A stretch of DNA of 64,000 nt, from assembly GCF_036321535.1 (NCBI RefSeq), contig NC_087437.1:54004001-54068000 (forward strand), given 5' to 3'. Positions 50,280 through 63,780 of the stretch are shown here, piece by piece. The number at the start of each line of letters is the position of its first letter. Position 1 is the stretch's first letter. Below the pieces are notes generated by a model that was given only the letters and a program-made list of their open reading frames with translations, did not search any database and was not told the DNA's origin. The stretch is from Camelus dromedarius. Lineage: Eukaryota. The translations under genes were made by a program, and so were the position numbers.

Positions 50280-50905
50280 TCCGACAGCCTGCTGTCGGAG
50301 GGCAGGCGTAGTTTATCACCGCCTCTGCCTCCTGTCTCCATTCCCCTTTGCCGGAGTCCTAATCCATTCTCCTCAAAGCTGCCAAAGTTACCTTGTGACG
50401 ATCAAATTGAATCTGTCATTCTGCTTAAAATAAATCCCCCGCTCTTTCTCATTGCCCAGAGGATAAAGCCCTCCAAACGCTGATCCCTCCCTTCCTCCTG
50501 GGTCTCCCCTCTCACCACCCCTCCTCCTGTCCCACTCATACTTGCAATTCCCTGAGTCCACTAAGCTAGTTCTTGCCTTCCCCTTCTGCCCTGTCCTGAA
50601 ACTGCCCACACCACCCTGACCATCCTAGTAGCTAACTCATATGCATCCTTTAGGATTCAGCTCAAGCATCTCCCCCTCCAAGAAGCCTTACCCAGCTGCC
50701 TCGAGATGGCTTAGCTGCCCCTGTGCTATATCCCCTGGCGCTAGAGCTCTCTAGGATAGCGCATTCCTCAGACTGCAGACTAAAGGCCAGTTAGCTTGTC
50801 GGTCCAAACTCCAGTCTCCAACTAAACTGGGAGTTCCTTGAGATCAAGGGTAGGGTTTATGTATCTCTGCCTTCTAGTGTCTTGTATAGTATCTCATACA
50901 CCGTA
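50280..50905 (+). mobile_element. L2 3' region
   Basis: 'tgtcattctgcttaaaa', 'tcctttaggattcagctcaagcatctcc', 'gagttccttgagatcaagg'. Confidence 0.75.
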
Positions 50906-50908
50906 AGC

Positions 50909-51070
50909 CATGAGTTCTCAACCTGGCCACTTGTCACAGTCACCTGGTTGAGTTTGTTCACAATGCAGATTCTCCAGCCTTACCTTGGACTTATTAAATC
51001 AGTGTGTCTTTTGGGGGTGGAGCCCCAGTTTCTGTGTTTTGTGAAAGAACCATTGATGATGTGCAGACCT
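50909..51070. mobile_element. MER5-family MITE
   Basis: 'gttctcaacctggc...cacctgg...aatgcagattctccagcc...gggggtggagccc'. Confidence 0.7.
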
Positions 51071-54000
51071 TGTTAAAATAATGTGGTAGGGGTTAATAAA
51101 TATTTAATGATGAGTGCATGAATGAATATATGAGTGTCCCCATTTTAGAAATGAACTTGAGGAGGTGAAAATTTGGCCCAAACTGCCCACAGAAGGCTTA
51201 TAGGGAGATAGTAAGACAAAAGGGTGTAGGATTGAGCTCTCTTGGACTAGAGTTATTTGTTTACATGTTGATCACCTCAATTACTCTCTGAGCTCTAGGG
51301 GGCAGGAATAGGTCTTGTTCATTGTTGGAACCTAAAAAAGTCTGACTCAGTGTCTAATAGGTAGTTTGTCCTCAATATTTGTTGAGATACAACAACATGA
51401 TGTGACTCAAATACTGTATTTGTAGTTAGAAGGCTTGAGTTCTAGAGCTGGCTATGACATTAATTGCTACTTAGTCTAGGGCAGGAATTCCCTTGGGCCT
51501 TAGATTCCCCATCTACACAGAGAGGTAGACTAGATGATCCAAGGTTGCTTCCAGCTCTGATATGTCTAATCTAATGAGTGTGCCGGAGCCGCAGCCTGAG
51601 TCTTGGCCTACTGCTGATTGAAAGGACTTCATTGAGGTGAGATGGTGGCTGAGGCCCAGAGACAAGAGTGACTTGACTATTCTTCATTTTTTAATTCATC
51701 ATGAAAATGGCAAAAAGAAGCACTGCATTTTGTTCTGCAAAAGACAGGTAAGTATTCAGCCCTAAGCACTCCTAGGGCTTACCTGAGATGTTCATCTTGG
51801 CATTCAGACACAAGAAAAATCTCCCTCTCTTGATCACATGGATCTCCAAGGTAAGGGCTGAGTCCCTGGAGGATGAGGGCATGTTAGGAGATGTGATGGG
51901 AAGGCACTTGCTCTCTGACACCCACACAAAAACAGCAATAACTTTGCATATGCCCCCAGAGTGATCGTGCCCAAATCACAGATCAGTGATTTCAGCTGAT
52001 TTTCATTACCTTACAAAAGAAAATAAAAAACAAAAATAAAAATCTAAAAAGAAGTATTACCAGCTCCACCTTACAAATTGGGAAATTGAGTATCGGAGAG
52101 CTTGAAGGATCTCTGTATAAATATATAGTGATTAAACGGTAAGACCCTGGAGATTTCTGCTTCCAAAGGTAATGCTCCTTTGGCTACATCATGTTGCTTT
52201 CTTTTCTTACCTTCTTTGTTGGATCCTAACAAAAATCCTAACAAGGAAAAAGGTCAGGTATTTCCATTCCTACTTCACAGAGCAGGACATTGATGCTCAA
52301 AGGGACTTTTCAGTCTCTCAGTAAATAGCAGTGATTTCCAGTGTACTTTATACTACAACACTACTGCTTTCTTCTGTTGTTTAATTGTATCTTGTTATTG
52401 AAACTTACTACTCCCCAAGCAGAGAGTCAGAGCAGGCTGGGATCACAAGCCCCAATTTTCTAACAAGGAAACTGAGGTCCAGAGAGGTAATATTGGAGGA
52501 ATTTAAAAGGAGTTCATGAGTTTGGGTTGGCATAAGAATAACCTTTCCAACACTGTCCCATCACAGGATCAGTGAGTGGCTCAGAGATATGGTACAGGGG
52601 ACAATGAAAGGAAGAATTGGCTTGGGTGTTCATTAAGCTCCTTCCTGGCTCCAAGCGTCCATGATTCCACACCTTACCACAAGACACACAGCCAGGGTGT
52701 GATCAGTCAAGACATGAACCCACGTCCTCCAACTCCTACTTTATCCTGTGCCTCTTTCCAACTTTGATTGACTTGCTTCTCCGTAGATTTCAGAAGCCAG
52801 TTGTCCCAGGTGTAGATACAGCTATCATTTGAACCAGGAGGGAAAAGATCTCTCTGTAGGTTTCCTGGGTAAAACATTGATGAACTGGCCATTCAACAAA
52901 TCGTAAGTACTGAATATGGGGTAGGCTTCTAGAGCAGCATGAGATAGAGAAAGTCCCTAACATGGGCCCTAGTCCTGATTTTTTAACCAGATCTCTGAAG
53001 GTCCTGGGCAAAGTCACTTTCCCTCTCGTGGCAGTGAGCATCCTCCCTGGTACAACGTGACTGTTGCGCCAGGGGTCCTTTCAACCTCAGGAGCACAAGG
53101 CTATGAGCTATGAGACAAATTTGTCTTTGCCATTAGGCACAGCACAGCTGGAAGAAAAGGAGCTGGGAATAATGCACTCATCCCGAGGCTTGGCGAAGAG
53201 TGTCAGGCTTAGCAACGTTGCTGAGTCCTTAAATGCATTTGAGGTTATGAAGAACCAACCCAGAAATAATAAAATCAGAAAATCCCTATGGTCACTTCAG
53301 TCCTAAATGATGCTGTGTCTTTGAGCTCTGTCCCCCAGTCTCAGGCAGGCACCGACTTCTGTCAGTAGCTGGAGTATTTTTCCCTACCACAGCCCATCTC
53401 TAGTTCTTGTTTCTAACCCCATCTTCTCTCTCCCCATACAATCTCCCTGCTGACATTCCTGCCATATCTTGACTGACAACCAATTTTCCTACCTGTCATT
53501 ATCAATTCCGCTCATTAACTCTCCCACCTGCTTCAGCTGAGGCCTCCCGACACCAAAAAGCATCTCTAAAAACTGATTTTCCCAAGCAGAATAATTGAAA
53601 CTTCTTGCACATCTAGAGAAACTTTTGTCTGAAGCTCTCAGAGCTATTTCTAAATGTCAGCAGAAATGTACATTTTATACCAAGGGGGCAGACTTTGCCA
53701 TTCCAGTACAACCAAATGAAAAGTGAAAGAAAAAAAAAAAGTCAGTAACTAGTTTTTTTCTTCTTTTCTTTGCAAAATGCAAAATTGGTCTGACTTTAAA
53801 AAAAAAATTATTGACTTGTTACTTGCTTGTTGCTCTTTTAGACATGGCCTCAGAAATGGTTAGTAACAGGAACAGCAATGCACATATAAAAACCAGAGAG
53901 AGACCCCTAGTGCCTTTCCCCAAGGAGTTCCATGACTGCTGAGGTGCTAAGACTTGCTAGGAACCTGTAGAGAGTTTTCTGCAGCACTGAGAGGCAGGAG

Positions 54001-54109
54001 TACCTCTGGGAAGAGTTCAGTCTCTGCTATCAGATTAGTTGGATTTAAAAGCTACAACAACATATATCTAGACAACCCTTCACTATTTATAAAGCATTTT
54101 CACACATGA

Positions 54110-54450
54110 TCTCACTGTGCACTTGCTGTTTCCTCTGTTTGGAACACTGTCCCCTCAGCCATCTACATGACTGACACTCCTTACCTCCTTCAGGCCTTTG
54201 TTCAAGTGTCACCTTTCCTCATGGCCTTAGGTACACCTAGTCCACCTGGCACTCCCACAATATACGTTCCCTCCATGGCACTTTTCAGCAACTGACTTGC
54301 TATACATTTCATGTACAGAGTGTAAGCCTCGTGGGGGCTGGGACCTTTGTCATGGCTTCTCACGGCTGTATTCCCAAGTCCTAGCACGGTGTCTGAAACA
54401 GAGCAGCTGCTTGATTAACACAGGCTGGAGGACTAAAGGAATAAATGGGT
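54110..54450 (+). mobile_element. L2 3' end
   Basis: 'cacttgctgtttcctctgtttggaacact', 'ttcaagtgtcacctttcct', 'ctgtattcccaagtcctagcacggtgtctg'. Confidence 0.8.
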
Positions 54451-55920
54451 GTATCTGATCCTCCCAACAGCCTTGAGGAGCAGAAGTCATCATGATCACT
54501 ATTTTGCAGACGAGGTGATGGGGACTCAGAGAGGTCAACTGGCCAGGCCAAATGGCTAAGGGGGCAAGACCCAGCTCTCGTTACCCTGCCTCACTCTGTG
54601 CTCTCCAGAGACACATTTCAGAAACAGACACGGTGAAGAGTGAACCGTCCCAATCAGGAAAGAGCACTAAGAGTCTTCGTGCTCAGCCCTGTGCCCTCAG
54701 CCCTGCATTGGGCCCCTTTTGGCATGCTGCCACCCCTGCCCTCCAGGGAGGAAGAGTTCCCAGGCACCCACTGCATTTGATGACTGCCTGCAGGCCTGAT
54801 CACCCCATTAAGGTGACAGCAAACAAAGGGACGGATAAAATAATTTCCAAGTCAACAACCTGAATGGCTGGCCAGAATATGTCAACACAGTAATTGCTCT
54901 GCTCCAAAAAAGAAAAACATGGGACTACACATTTCCATGATTCTTCTCCCTTTAACGCAAGCCCCCTTGCCCAGTTAGCTGCAGAGCATTCACCTGGGTG
55001 CTGGCTTTCCCACCCCCACCGCCTGCCTTGTTGCCTCTTGACAGAAGTGGGCCATTACTCTTGAGTAAAATTCATTGGCCACCCACTCGACACTTGACAA
55101 TACTCTGGAAATTGATCTGCTCAAGTATTTTTGGAGCTAATTTAAGGCAATTTGCCCTTCCACTGCTCCACACCGGCACCCCAGGAGACAGAATCGTTGG
55201 TAAGAGGATGATTATGTTTTTCTGAGAGGGGAGGGAAGTCTCGTGTGAAGAAGGCAATCCAAAATCTTGGTAGTGTTGGTTATAAAATGATTTCTTTAAA
55301 TCAAATACCACTTGTACTGCTCTACCTCTTCCGAAGAAAACTCACCTGCATTATCTGTAGGATGTAAGCCTCACACTGCCTGTGAGGAAGTTGAGGAGTA
55401 CTTGACTCTCCATTTTAAACAAGCACAGAACTAAGAAGCTCGTGACTAGCCCATGGTCACACCCTGTTAAGCAAAAGAGCAAATACTTGAATCCAGGCTT
55501 AATAACCCTGAGTGAAATGCTTTATGCCACTGACACGGTGTGTGTGCATGTGTGTGAGTGTATGTGTGTGTGCACACTGGTAGGTATGTGGCAGCGGGGG
55601 GAGAAAGAGAGAACGATTGACTCCTTTCCCCCTTCACTGACTCCAGACCTTCCAGTCTTTCCCATGTACTCTTCACCCAGCTCCAAAGTCCCCAGGTAAT
55701 ACTCTCCTGTATCAAGGAGCAGGCATTCTGCAGTCCCCAGACTGGTGCTCAGTCCTCCACTGACGTGCTCAGAGGTAAGATTTAATTCCACAAGTATCTG
55801 ACTTGCCTTAGAGCATGGACTTTGGAGGCAGAGTCCAGTAGGGATTGATTGCTCCGAACCTCAGAGTCCTCACCTGCCCCACAGATTGCTGACAGAATTA
55901 TATGAAAAGATGAGTATGTT

Positions 55921-56023
55921 GCGGGGTGAAGTATAGCTCAGTTGTAGAGCGGGCTTAGTATGCACTAGGTCCTGGGTTCAATCCCCAGCACTTCCATTAA
56001 CAATAAATAAGTAAATAAATTAA

Positions 56024-56055
<32 letters not shown>

Positions 56056-56072
56056 AGCTGACTTTTTTTAAA
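55921..56072 (+). mobile_element. Vic-1-type tRNA-derived SINE (Camelidae) inserted in a MIR
   Basis: A box 'tagctcagttgt', B box 'ggttcaatcc', body 'cttagtatgcactaggtcctgggttcaatccccagcac', (TAAA)n tail; diverged TSD 55905-55920 / 56073-56088 (11/16). Confidence 0.88.
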
Positions 56073-56329
56073 AAAAGACAAACATGGTACCCATCACAGT
56101 GCATGGCACACAGTAAGTACTCAATACACACGAGCAGCCATTATTGATTACACTGTTCACTCCTGTGTCACATCCGTGGAGTCGGTGTCCAGGCTGAGTT
56201 ATCTGACCTACCATTGTTGCCCTGATGCCTTCACCAGAGTCACTCTCTGAGTGTGAAGATTCAGGGGAACAAAAATGTCCCCTCCTCTGAGACTTTCCAG
56301 GGGCTGAACAATAGCAGCAACCATAATAG

Positions 56330-56600
56330 CAGTCACTCCCACTTCCTGAACTTTTACTTGTGCCCTAAATGTTCTCAATGGATGGATACCATTGATTCTG
56401 TCAACAGCCCTATTGCGAAGGGCTATCATGATCCCCAGTTTACATACAGTAATGATGTTGATTGTGTCAACAGCCCTAGCACATAAGGATTACCATCATT
56501 CCCCTTTTACAGATAAGAAGGCTGAGGCAAAGAGATTCAGTAACTCCTCCAAGGATGCCAGCCTAGGGAGTCCACCTAGCAGAGGGCAGGCTCGTGACCA
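56330..56600 (-). mobile_element. MIR SINE with internal duplication
   Basis: 'ccttttacagataagaaggctgaggc...aactcctccaagg'; segment 'tgatt-tgtcaacagcccta' occurs twice. Confidence 0.75.
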
Positions 56601-59418
56601 ACAGCACTCAGCCGCCTAAACATTGCATTAGGGAGTCCCATCGTCTCTTACAGCCGGGCTGACATGTTCCAGATGTTGTCTCTCACCTGGCAACTCCACC
56701 CTGGCTTGTGTGAGGTACAAGCCCCGCCTGGAATCACAAAATGTTAACACCAGATGATCTCTGAAAATCTGTCTCACTTAATAACTCACTCATTGTTCAG
56801 ATGAAGCTGAAAGGGGAGGTGAGCTACCTGAGGCCACACAGCCAGACCCTGACATGAATCTTAAGATAGCAAGTGTGGGCCGTGGAAGCTCTGAGGATGC
56901 CCTTTGTGCCCTGGCTGCCTGGCAGCTCGGCTGTGCCATCAATTACCTTCTCTGACATAGTGAACAGCTCCTCACTATCCCATCAACGCAGGCCCCGGTA
57001 GAATGTAACTTGTCTTAATTTTTGTTTGACTTTGAATTCTTTAAACCATATTGGTGCTTTCTAACATAGGCAATCACAAATCCTTTGGGGAGACAGGTGG
57101 AATATAAGGAATAAATACATAAATGCATAAATAAGTAGGTAACTACCAATTTAGCACTCTTCCCACTGAAGTTTGCTTCTCTTCCTACAAATTCCAAAGA
57201 AGTGCAAGGGAGGGAAGAAAGTCTAGCAGTGAGTATGCCCCATAGATTTCTTTTTCAAAGCGTTGGAAAGAAGAAGAAGAAACTTGGAGCTATTACTTCT
57301 CGGTGTAGAATGAGAGGGTTTTAAAAATCGTGCTGTCTGCCGACTACAGAAAAGCATAAGCACTAAGCCTCTGAGCTGGAACGGCAGTGCATTCAGAGCG
57401 GGTCACTTCCTCTACTTAAGTACTTAGAAACCAGGTCCCCAAGCACTGCCCCCACTATGTTTCCCCCTACATTTGCACTCTTCCTGGTCCTGTAACTAGG
57501 ACCTTTGCGTGATTACTTTTCCCAGGACCTTAGCTCTATCCGCTGAAGCGCTCCTCCTGGCTGGCTCCTAGCATGCCAGCGAATCACCTTGTATCTTAAC
57601 ACTAAACACTGCGTATTTCCTCTCAGAGTTGTTTGTTTGTTAATTATCTCCTCCTCACTAAAATGCAAGCTCAGTAAGTGCAAGGACTTTGTCTATTGTC
57701 TCCACCACTGTTTTCTCAGAGCCAAGAACTTAGCCTAGGACACAACAAGTACCCAGGAAACACTGTCTAATGAGTGTAAATATGATCCTTGAGTACCTCA
57801 TATTCTCAGTCAAAAATCCGAGTCACAGAAACTGGCCCAAACCCATCAATCCATCAATATTTAGCTGGCATTTGGTGTGTGCTGGGTGCGTTTTGTGAAC
57901 TGGAGGTTGGGATATGGCTACAGAGATGAATGTGATCAGTCTCTAACCTCAAGAAGTTTATACTCTCGTTAGGGAGTTAAGATGAGCATCTGAAAATTTA
58001 ACTGAAACAACGGAGCCAATGCTCAGGGACAAACGAGAATTCAGAAGGCAGAAGTGCTGAAGGCCGAACACACAGAGCAGGAAGGAAGATTGGAAGGAAG
58101 TTTCACCAACTACGCCGTATCTGTCAAATATCCACAGCACATGAGTGGTAGAGAGAGGGTACCACAACCTCACAACCTGCCCAGCCAGGGCCCCTCAACT
58201 GCACTGCAGGCTTCCTAGCGCCTCTGTGTCTCCAAGAGACTCGGAGTTGGAGAGCTTGACTCAACCTGGTGCTTGAAGAAGAGCCCATCTTTGTCAAATG
58301 TTCTTTCTGTGAAGGATGCTACGCTAATTTACGCATGCCATCTCAGTTATCCTCACTGCCATGGCCGTATTATAATTCTCATTTTAGATCTATGAAAAAC
58401 TGACACCCTGGGGTGGGAACTCTTTTACCTAAAGTGACATAGCCGACAGGGCCTGGTGTACTGACCTCTATAACCTGCCCCACTCTTCCCAGCTCACACA
58501 TCTGCCTCCTTGAGCAGGCTGGCAACTTGCTCAAGTTCACATGACAACTAGGAACTCACCTCTAGGTCTATCTGACTACTAAATAGGTGCTCTTCTGAAA
58601 CCTGGCAGAGATGAACAGGACAAAGCCCACCATTGCTCCTTTTGCCCCAGTGCAAAAAAACCAGAGGCCTTCAGAAGGTTCAAGTGTTTAGATAAAGGCA
58701 AGAAGAATGGTTGTTAAAATGCAAAATTGTACCTCCCTGGAATTCATTTGGTGCTCCCACCCTTCTTCCTGACTAAATGATTCCCTGGTGACGAGCTCTT
58801 TAAAGAATTTTCTCTTCACTTCTTTCTGCAGTTTGGAATAATTGTATGTCATCAACAGCCTAGGAATAGTCAAGATTGCAAAATTCTTGCTGTGCTCTTG
58901 GCAAAATCATTGCTCACCAGCCAATGTTTAGAAATAAAATGCTCCCCTTCAGTGCCATTAAACACAAATATTTATCAACGCTGTGCTTGAATGTTAGGCT
59001 GACGAAGGTTGGGTGTTTGTCGGCTTGTACTTGTACATAATTAGGTTCAGATTTTCAATGAGTACAAGATGGCTTACGGGAGCTATGGCCCTCAGTACCC
59101 ACCTACAGGCAAAGGAGTTTTATGTTGGTTTACTTCTCAGAGAAATGTTCAAAATCTTAGAAGCATTGCCCAAAGATAGCCAGGGAATTTCTGTTTCTTA
59201 GCTCTTTGCAGGCATTGTGGAAGATGCTGCCTGTGATAAAATAAATGACAAGTGGAAGAGACAAAAATGGACAGTTCAGGATAGCAAATGCTGATGGATA
59301 AGTCATTGTTATAAACCCCCACTAGAGTCTGAAGAAAACGAGGCTTTCGATCTCTGTCTTCAATTTGCCCCTACACACTGCTGTGAGAGTTAACATCTCC
59401 CAAAGCAGGTTAATGTGT

Positions 59419-59785
59419 ATCTTACTAAGGTCAACTTCCCTGGAAGCTGAGCCTGAGGCTGGGATTCCAGTGATTTACTGGGGGGAAGTACTCTCTGGGT
59501 AAAGGGAATGAAAAAAGCAGGATAAGGCAGGGAAAAAACTCAGTTGGATCCAATCCCACAGTAGCACAGATCACCCACAGAGTTAGCCCCGTCCCTCCCT
59601 TCACTGAACTGAGGCAAGGGAACTAGCCCTTCGCAATCCATGCCATGGAGTCATGGTCTGTGATCTGTCCCTGCGAAGGCTCCCCTTCTTCGCAGCTGTA
59701 AGTATTATGCCCAACACAGCACCTGGAGCTGTGTGTGCTGCTTGCAGAGGCCTCTGGGTGGGGCACCAACAGAGCCACTGTGCTG
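59419..59785 (-). mobile_element. LTR16/LTR33-like (ERVL) LTR remnant
   Basis: 'ttccctggaagctgagcctgaggctgggattc...tgatttactgggggaag...gcaggataaggcaggg'. Confidence 0.55.
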
Positions 59786-60789
59786 CTTGTAAAGCTCCTT
59801 CTTATGAAACTTTTTTTATATTCTGCAGAATAAGGTACAAACTTTCCAACATAGACTTGAAAATTTCTGTGTCTGGCCTCAATCTCACAGTTCTGAAATC
59901 AGTTTTCTAAAAATCTCAGCCTACGGATGGAATTGTCCAAATGTCTACATGTATGTTGAACATATCATCTGAGTAAAGTCTTGGGATCCCCCCCCCCCGC
60001 CCCTGTCACAGACTGCCACCAGGTCCCCTGCCTTTGGAAGGAAGCTGACTTCCTAGCCTGACCTTCTGCGAGTCTTAGCCTAGCCCTCCAGCTTTGTCTC
60101 CTATCACCTCTTTGCACACAGCCCAGCCTTGACAGTGCAGTAGACTGTTAGTCATTTCCCAGAGATGCTATGTTCTTTCACCGCTCCCTGCCTTTGTGAC
60201 ACTAACAATGAATAAGGATAGAAAAGTGCTGAAAACGAAAACCCATTTCCCCCCACCCCTGAATGCTACTGGCATTATTGTCTGAAAGCACAGTGTTAAT
60301 CATCTTGGGCCCTTCTTAAAAACCTCCTATGGTCTCTGCCCTGAAGAACCAGGTTTTTAATCCTGGGCATGGAATGTCCATTACCTGCTTTTCTGTCTTT
60401 GTTCTCCGGTTCTGCCATCTCGCCCCAGTTCACATGCCACCTCTGCTGTGGAGACTTCCCTGACCCACCCAAGCCTTCCTAGCCCTCCATAGCACTGCAC
60501 TGAGGCCTTTTCTTAGCACTGCCTTTATTCTGCTGTGGACAATCATCTGTTGTGTGGGTGCCTACCTCCACCATCAGACTACGAGCATCCTAAAAGCAAT
60601 GTCCTCCACAGCACCTGACACCCTGCTGGGTACCAAGCGTGTGCCAGTGCAGGCATGCTGATGGAAGAAAAGAATGTCCCTCTAGAGAATGGGCCCCTGG
60701 GAGAGGCATTTCAGACATGGGGAGACTTCTACAGGGAGCTCTTAGTATTTGAAAGGACTTTGGGACTGACAAAATAAACAGCAGCTGCA

Positions 60790-61015
60790 ACAACCGATGC
60801 TAAGACTTACTGAGCACATGCTATGTCAGAATCTGTGCTTAACATTCTACGTGAATTCACTGATTAGGCAGGTACGATTTTCATCTCCATTGTACACATA
60901 AGACTTTGTCAGGGAGGTTACGTGACCTGTTCAAGATCACACAGCAAGTAAATGCTAAAGCCAGGGTGTCAGGACCAGAATCTGGGCCTCAACTCCATAC
61001 TCTTGGCCACTAAAT
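60790..61015 (-). mobile_element. MIR SINE
   Basis: 'acttactgagcacatgctatgt...catctccattgtacacat...gtgacctgttcaagatcacacagc'. Confidence 0.8.
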
Positions 61016-62076
61016 CCTCAGGAAGGGAAAAGGATTGCTAACAGCTGCATCCTTTGAAGCTATCTACCCGGGGGGGTGGCGACATGATAAAAAACACAGT
61101 CACAGCGCTTTTTGTGAGCAGGAATGAAAAGCCTTCCGGCCTGTTCCTCCCCTTTATTCAAAGGGAAATGGCCAAAATGAGAAAAAAAGAAAATATTCTT
61201 GAAGTTTATTTGATGTTTACTTACTTATAAGTTGTTGTTTTGTTATTTTTTTTTGTCAGAACGGCTCTGACTTGCAGTGAGAAGAGTACTTCTCTGACCC
61301 CTGCTTCCTCATGAGTAAAATGGGCTTTTGCTTGTTTTATTTATCTCTGAACCCATTTGTGTGGGTTCCCCCATCAGTTTAAGCTCCACAACAGACTCCA
61401 GCACAGCACCGGGCACAGCATAGGCCTTGATAAGTGTTCATTGACTGAATGGATGGTAGAACTGGCTGGTCAAGTAATAGTGTTTCTCAAACTGTGCTTC
61501 TGGGACTACCTGCTCCAGGATTACAGGGACAGCTTGTTAAAAGTGCAGATTCCTGGGCTCACTATGACTTCTCTACTCATCCATGTTTGACAACCGCTGA
61601 GATCACTGCTCCGCAAGGGTCTCCAAATTCTGCTCACATTTAACAATTTAATTACTATAACTTCAGGTGAAGTTGTTATAATCTGCTAAAAAGAACGGGG
61701 AGGAAATCCTCTTGTTTCTTCTTACTTTCCCTAATTTACTCGCCACCCCTCCCCCCAGCCCGCCACCCTCTCCTCTTTTTCTCCTCCTCCCATGGTTATT
61801 TATAGTTGCTGGCTCAAGGCAAGGCCTGGGAAAGCAAATGTGAATGAAATCCTGTCCTCTGCCCCCAAGGGTCTCACAGTCCAACTGGGGAGGGGAAACA
61901 GTCACTTACACGTGGCTGGAATAAGCTGTAGAGCAGAAATAAGCTAGGATGGCACCTCACCAGCTTATGGGGTAAAGAAGTGGTTGCCACTTTGTGTGGG
62001 GCTTCTTGCCCTTAAGTACCAGTCTTGAACTGTGGAAGATCAAAGGAACTCAGGTGGAGAGTTTTGTTATATTTTT

Positions 62077-62452
62077 TCAGCTTTACTGAGGTGTAACTGA
62101 CATGTAAAATTGTAAGATATTTAAAGCGTACTTCGTGGTGATTTGGCATGCTTATACACTGCGAAAGGAGTCTAGTTATTTAACACGTTCATTTTGGTAA
62201 GAGCATTTAAGTTCTACTCTCTTAGCAAATTTCGGTTGTACACACAGTGCTATCAGCTATAATCACCTTGTTTTACATCCGACTCTCAGATCTTAGTTAT
62301 CTTATAACTGGAAGTCTGTACCCTTCTACCAACATAACCCTGTTGCCCCCACCCTCCAGCCCCCAGCAACCGCTTCTCTGCTCCATTTCTCCGAGTTTGA
62401 CTTCCACGTTTAAGTGATACCAAGAAGTCTTTGTCTTTCTCTGTCTAGCTTA
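62077..62452 (-). mobile_element. L1MA-type 5'-truncated 3' end
   Basis: 'cagctttactgaggtgtaactgaca...catttaagttctactctcttagcaaattt'; 17-bp TSD 62060-62076 / 62453-62469 (15/17). Confidence 0.88.
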
Positions 62453-63369
62453 AGTCTTGTTACATTTTTCATCTTAAAAGTTCGTTTACTCTTTCCTTTC
62501 ATCATTTCCTTCCAATCCATGCACTCCTAGTTGTTTTTGTTTTGTTTGTTTTTTTTTCCCACCTTAGAAATCCAATTCCCTTCTATCCTCAGAACCTGAT
62601 CTTCTGGGTCAGTTATTTCTTCCTTCTAGACTATTTCAGTTTTACATATTTGCTTTTCATTTGTGCCCAGCTTCAGCACATGATAGGCTAGTCAATGCTG
62701 GTGGATTGACATCTTTTAGATTGTAGTAACAGCAATGCTCAAGAATATCCTCTGAAAATTCATTTTCTACATGATACTTTTCTTGCCTTTGTTTGTTCTT
62801 GTTGTGGGTGGATTTTTATCATCTTAATTTCAGGGGCATCTGATGGACATCTGATTTTTTTTTTCTGTAGACTAAATTCTCATTACTCTAACACTTGCTG
62901 TTTAGCAAAGCTGGGCATGAAGGTTTTTTGGTTTAGCTTGGGTCGTGAGCTAAGCACATGGCATTTATTGTTCAATTCAATCCCACAACACAGCTCCCAG
63001 GAGATATTATTATCTCCATTTACAGAAGAGGAACCTGAAATTCAATTCCACAGCCAGTTAGTATGAATAATGCCCAGGCTTTTTTGGCTGCAATGACCAA
63101 GCACTTTCTCTTTATACCACCCTGCCTCCCACGAATATATGGTCTGCTGAGGGAAAACGTGACATGTGTGCAATCAGCTAACCACCACACTCTTCTCTCT
63201 TGACATTTTGCCTGCCGCTCTCTTTAATACTCATCTCCATACCCCTGTTCAAGGTCCAGCACGGGGCTACAAATATAGCGGCTTTTGAGGAAGTTGGATG
63301 GCTAACGAAATAAATTTTAAAAAGCCAATAACCTGAGTGCAAACTACTGGCTTTGAGAGCACTGAGGGC

Positions 63370-63780
63370 ATCATTTTAATTGGGGAAGTGATCTTCGAGG
63401 GTTCAAGAAGGTTGCAGACTTTGGTGAAGAAGATTTTCCAAAGTAGCCAATGTTGCCAAAGGACTTTCCAGGCAGAGAAGCATGAGAAAAGGGAACGAGT
63501 TGGGCAGAGCCTGGCAGGCTGGGGAAAGGAGACTGAGGGTATGTGAAGCTTGGAGGCACAATGAGGACATCGATGTGAAATGCAGCAGCTGGAAGATTGA
63601 GGCCAGAGGTTAAAGGGACTTGACATTGGGACCCACCCTGGAAATAATGAAGAACCATAGGGTGGGCTTGAGGGGATGAGATATGACCCAGACAGTGCAG
63701 GAAGGTTGGGCAGCAACTTTAGAGCTTTACGAGTGAATATGAGTTCACTCTGGACATGGACATCCAGCCCCAAATTCTAG
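63370..63780 (-). mobile_element. L2 fragment
   Basis: 'ggactttccaggcagagaagcatgag', 'aggcacaatgaggacatcgatgtgaaatgcagcagctgg'. Confidence 0.6.

Noticed and set aside
49965..50483. 172-aa ORF
   Set aside because: Ser/Pro/Leu-rich read-through of pyrimidine-rich sequence and an L2 remnant; no domain or exon structure
55921..55995. Possible tRNA gene
   Set aside because: Has A and B boxes but a degenerate cloverleaf, an AT-rich tail and a TSD, so it is a SINE
63267..63773. 168-aa minus-strand ORF
   Set aside because: Overlaps a degraded L2 fragment; low-complexity composition and no recognisable homology
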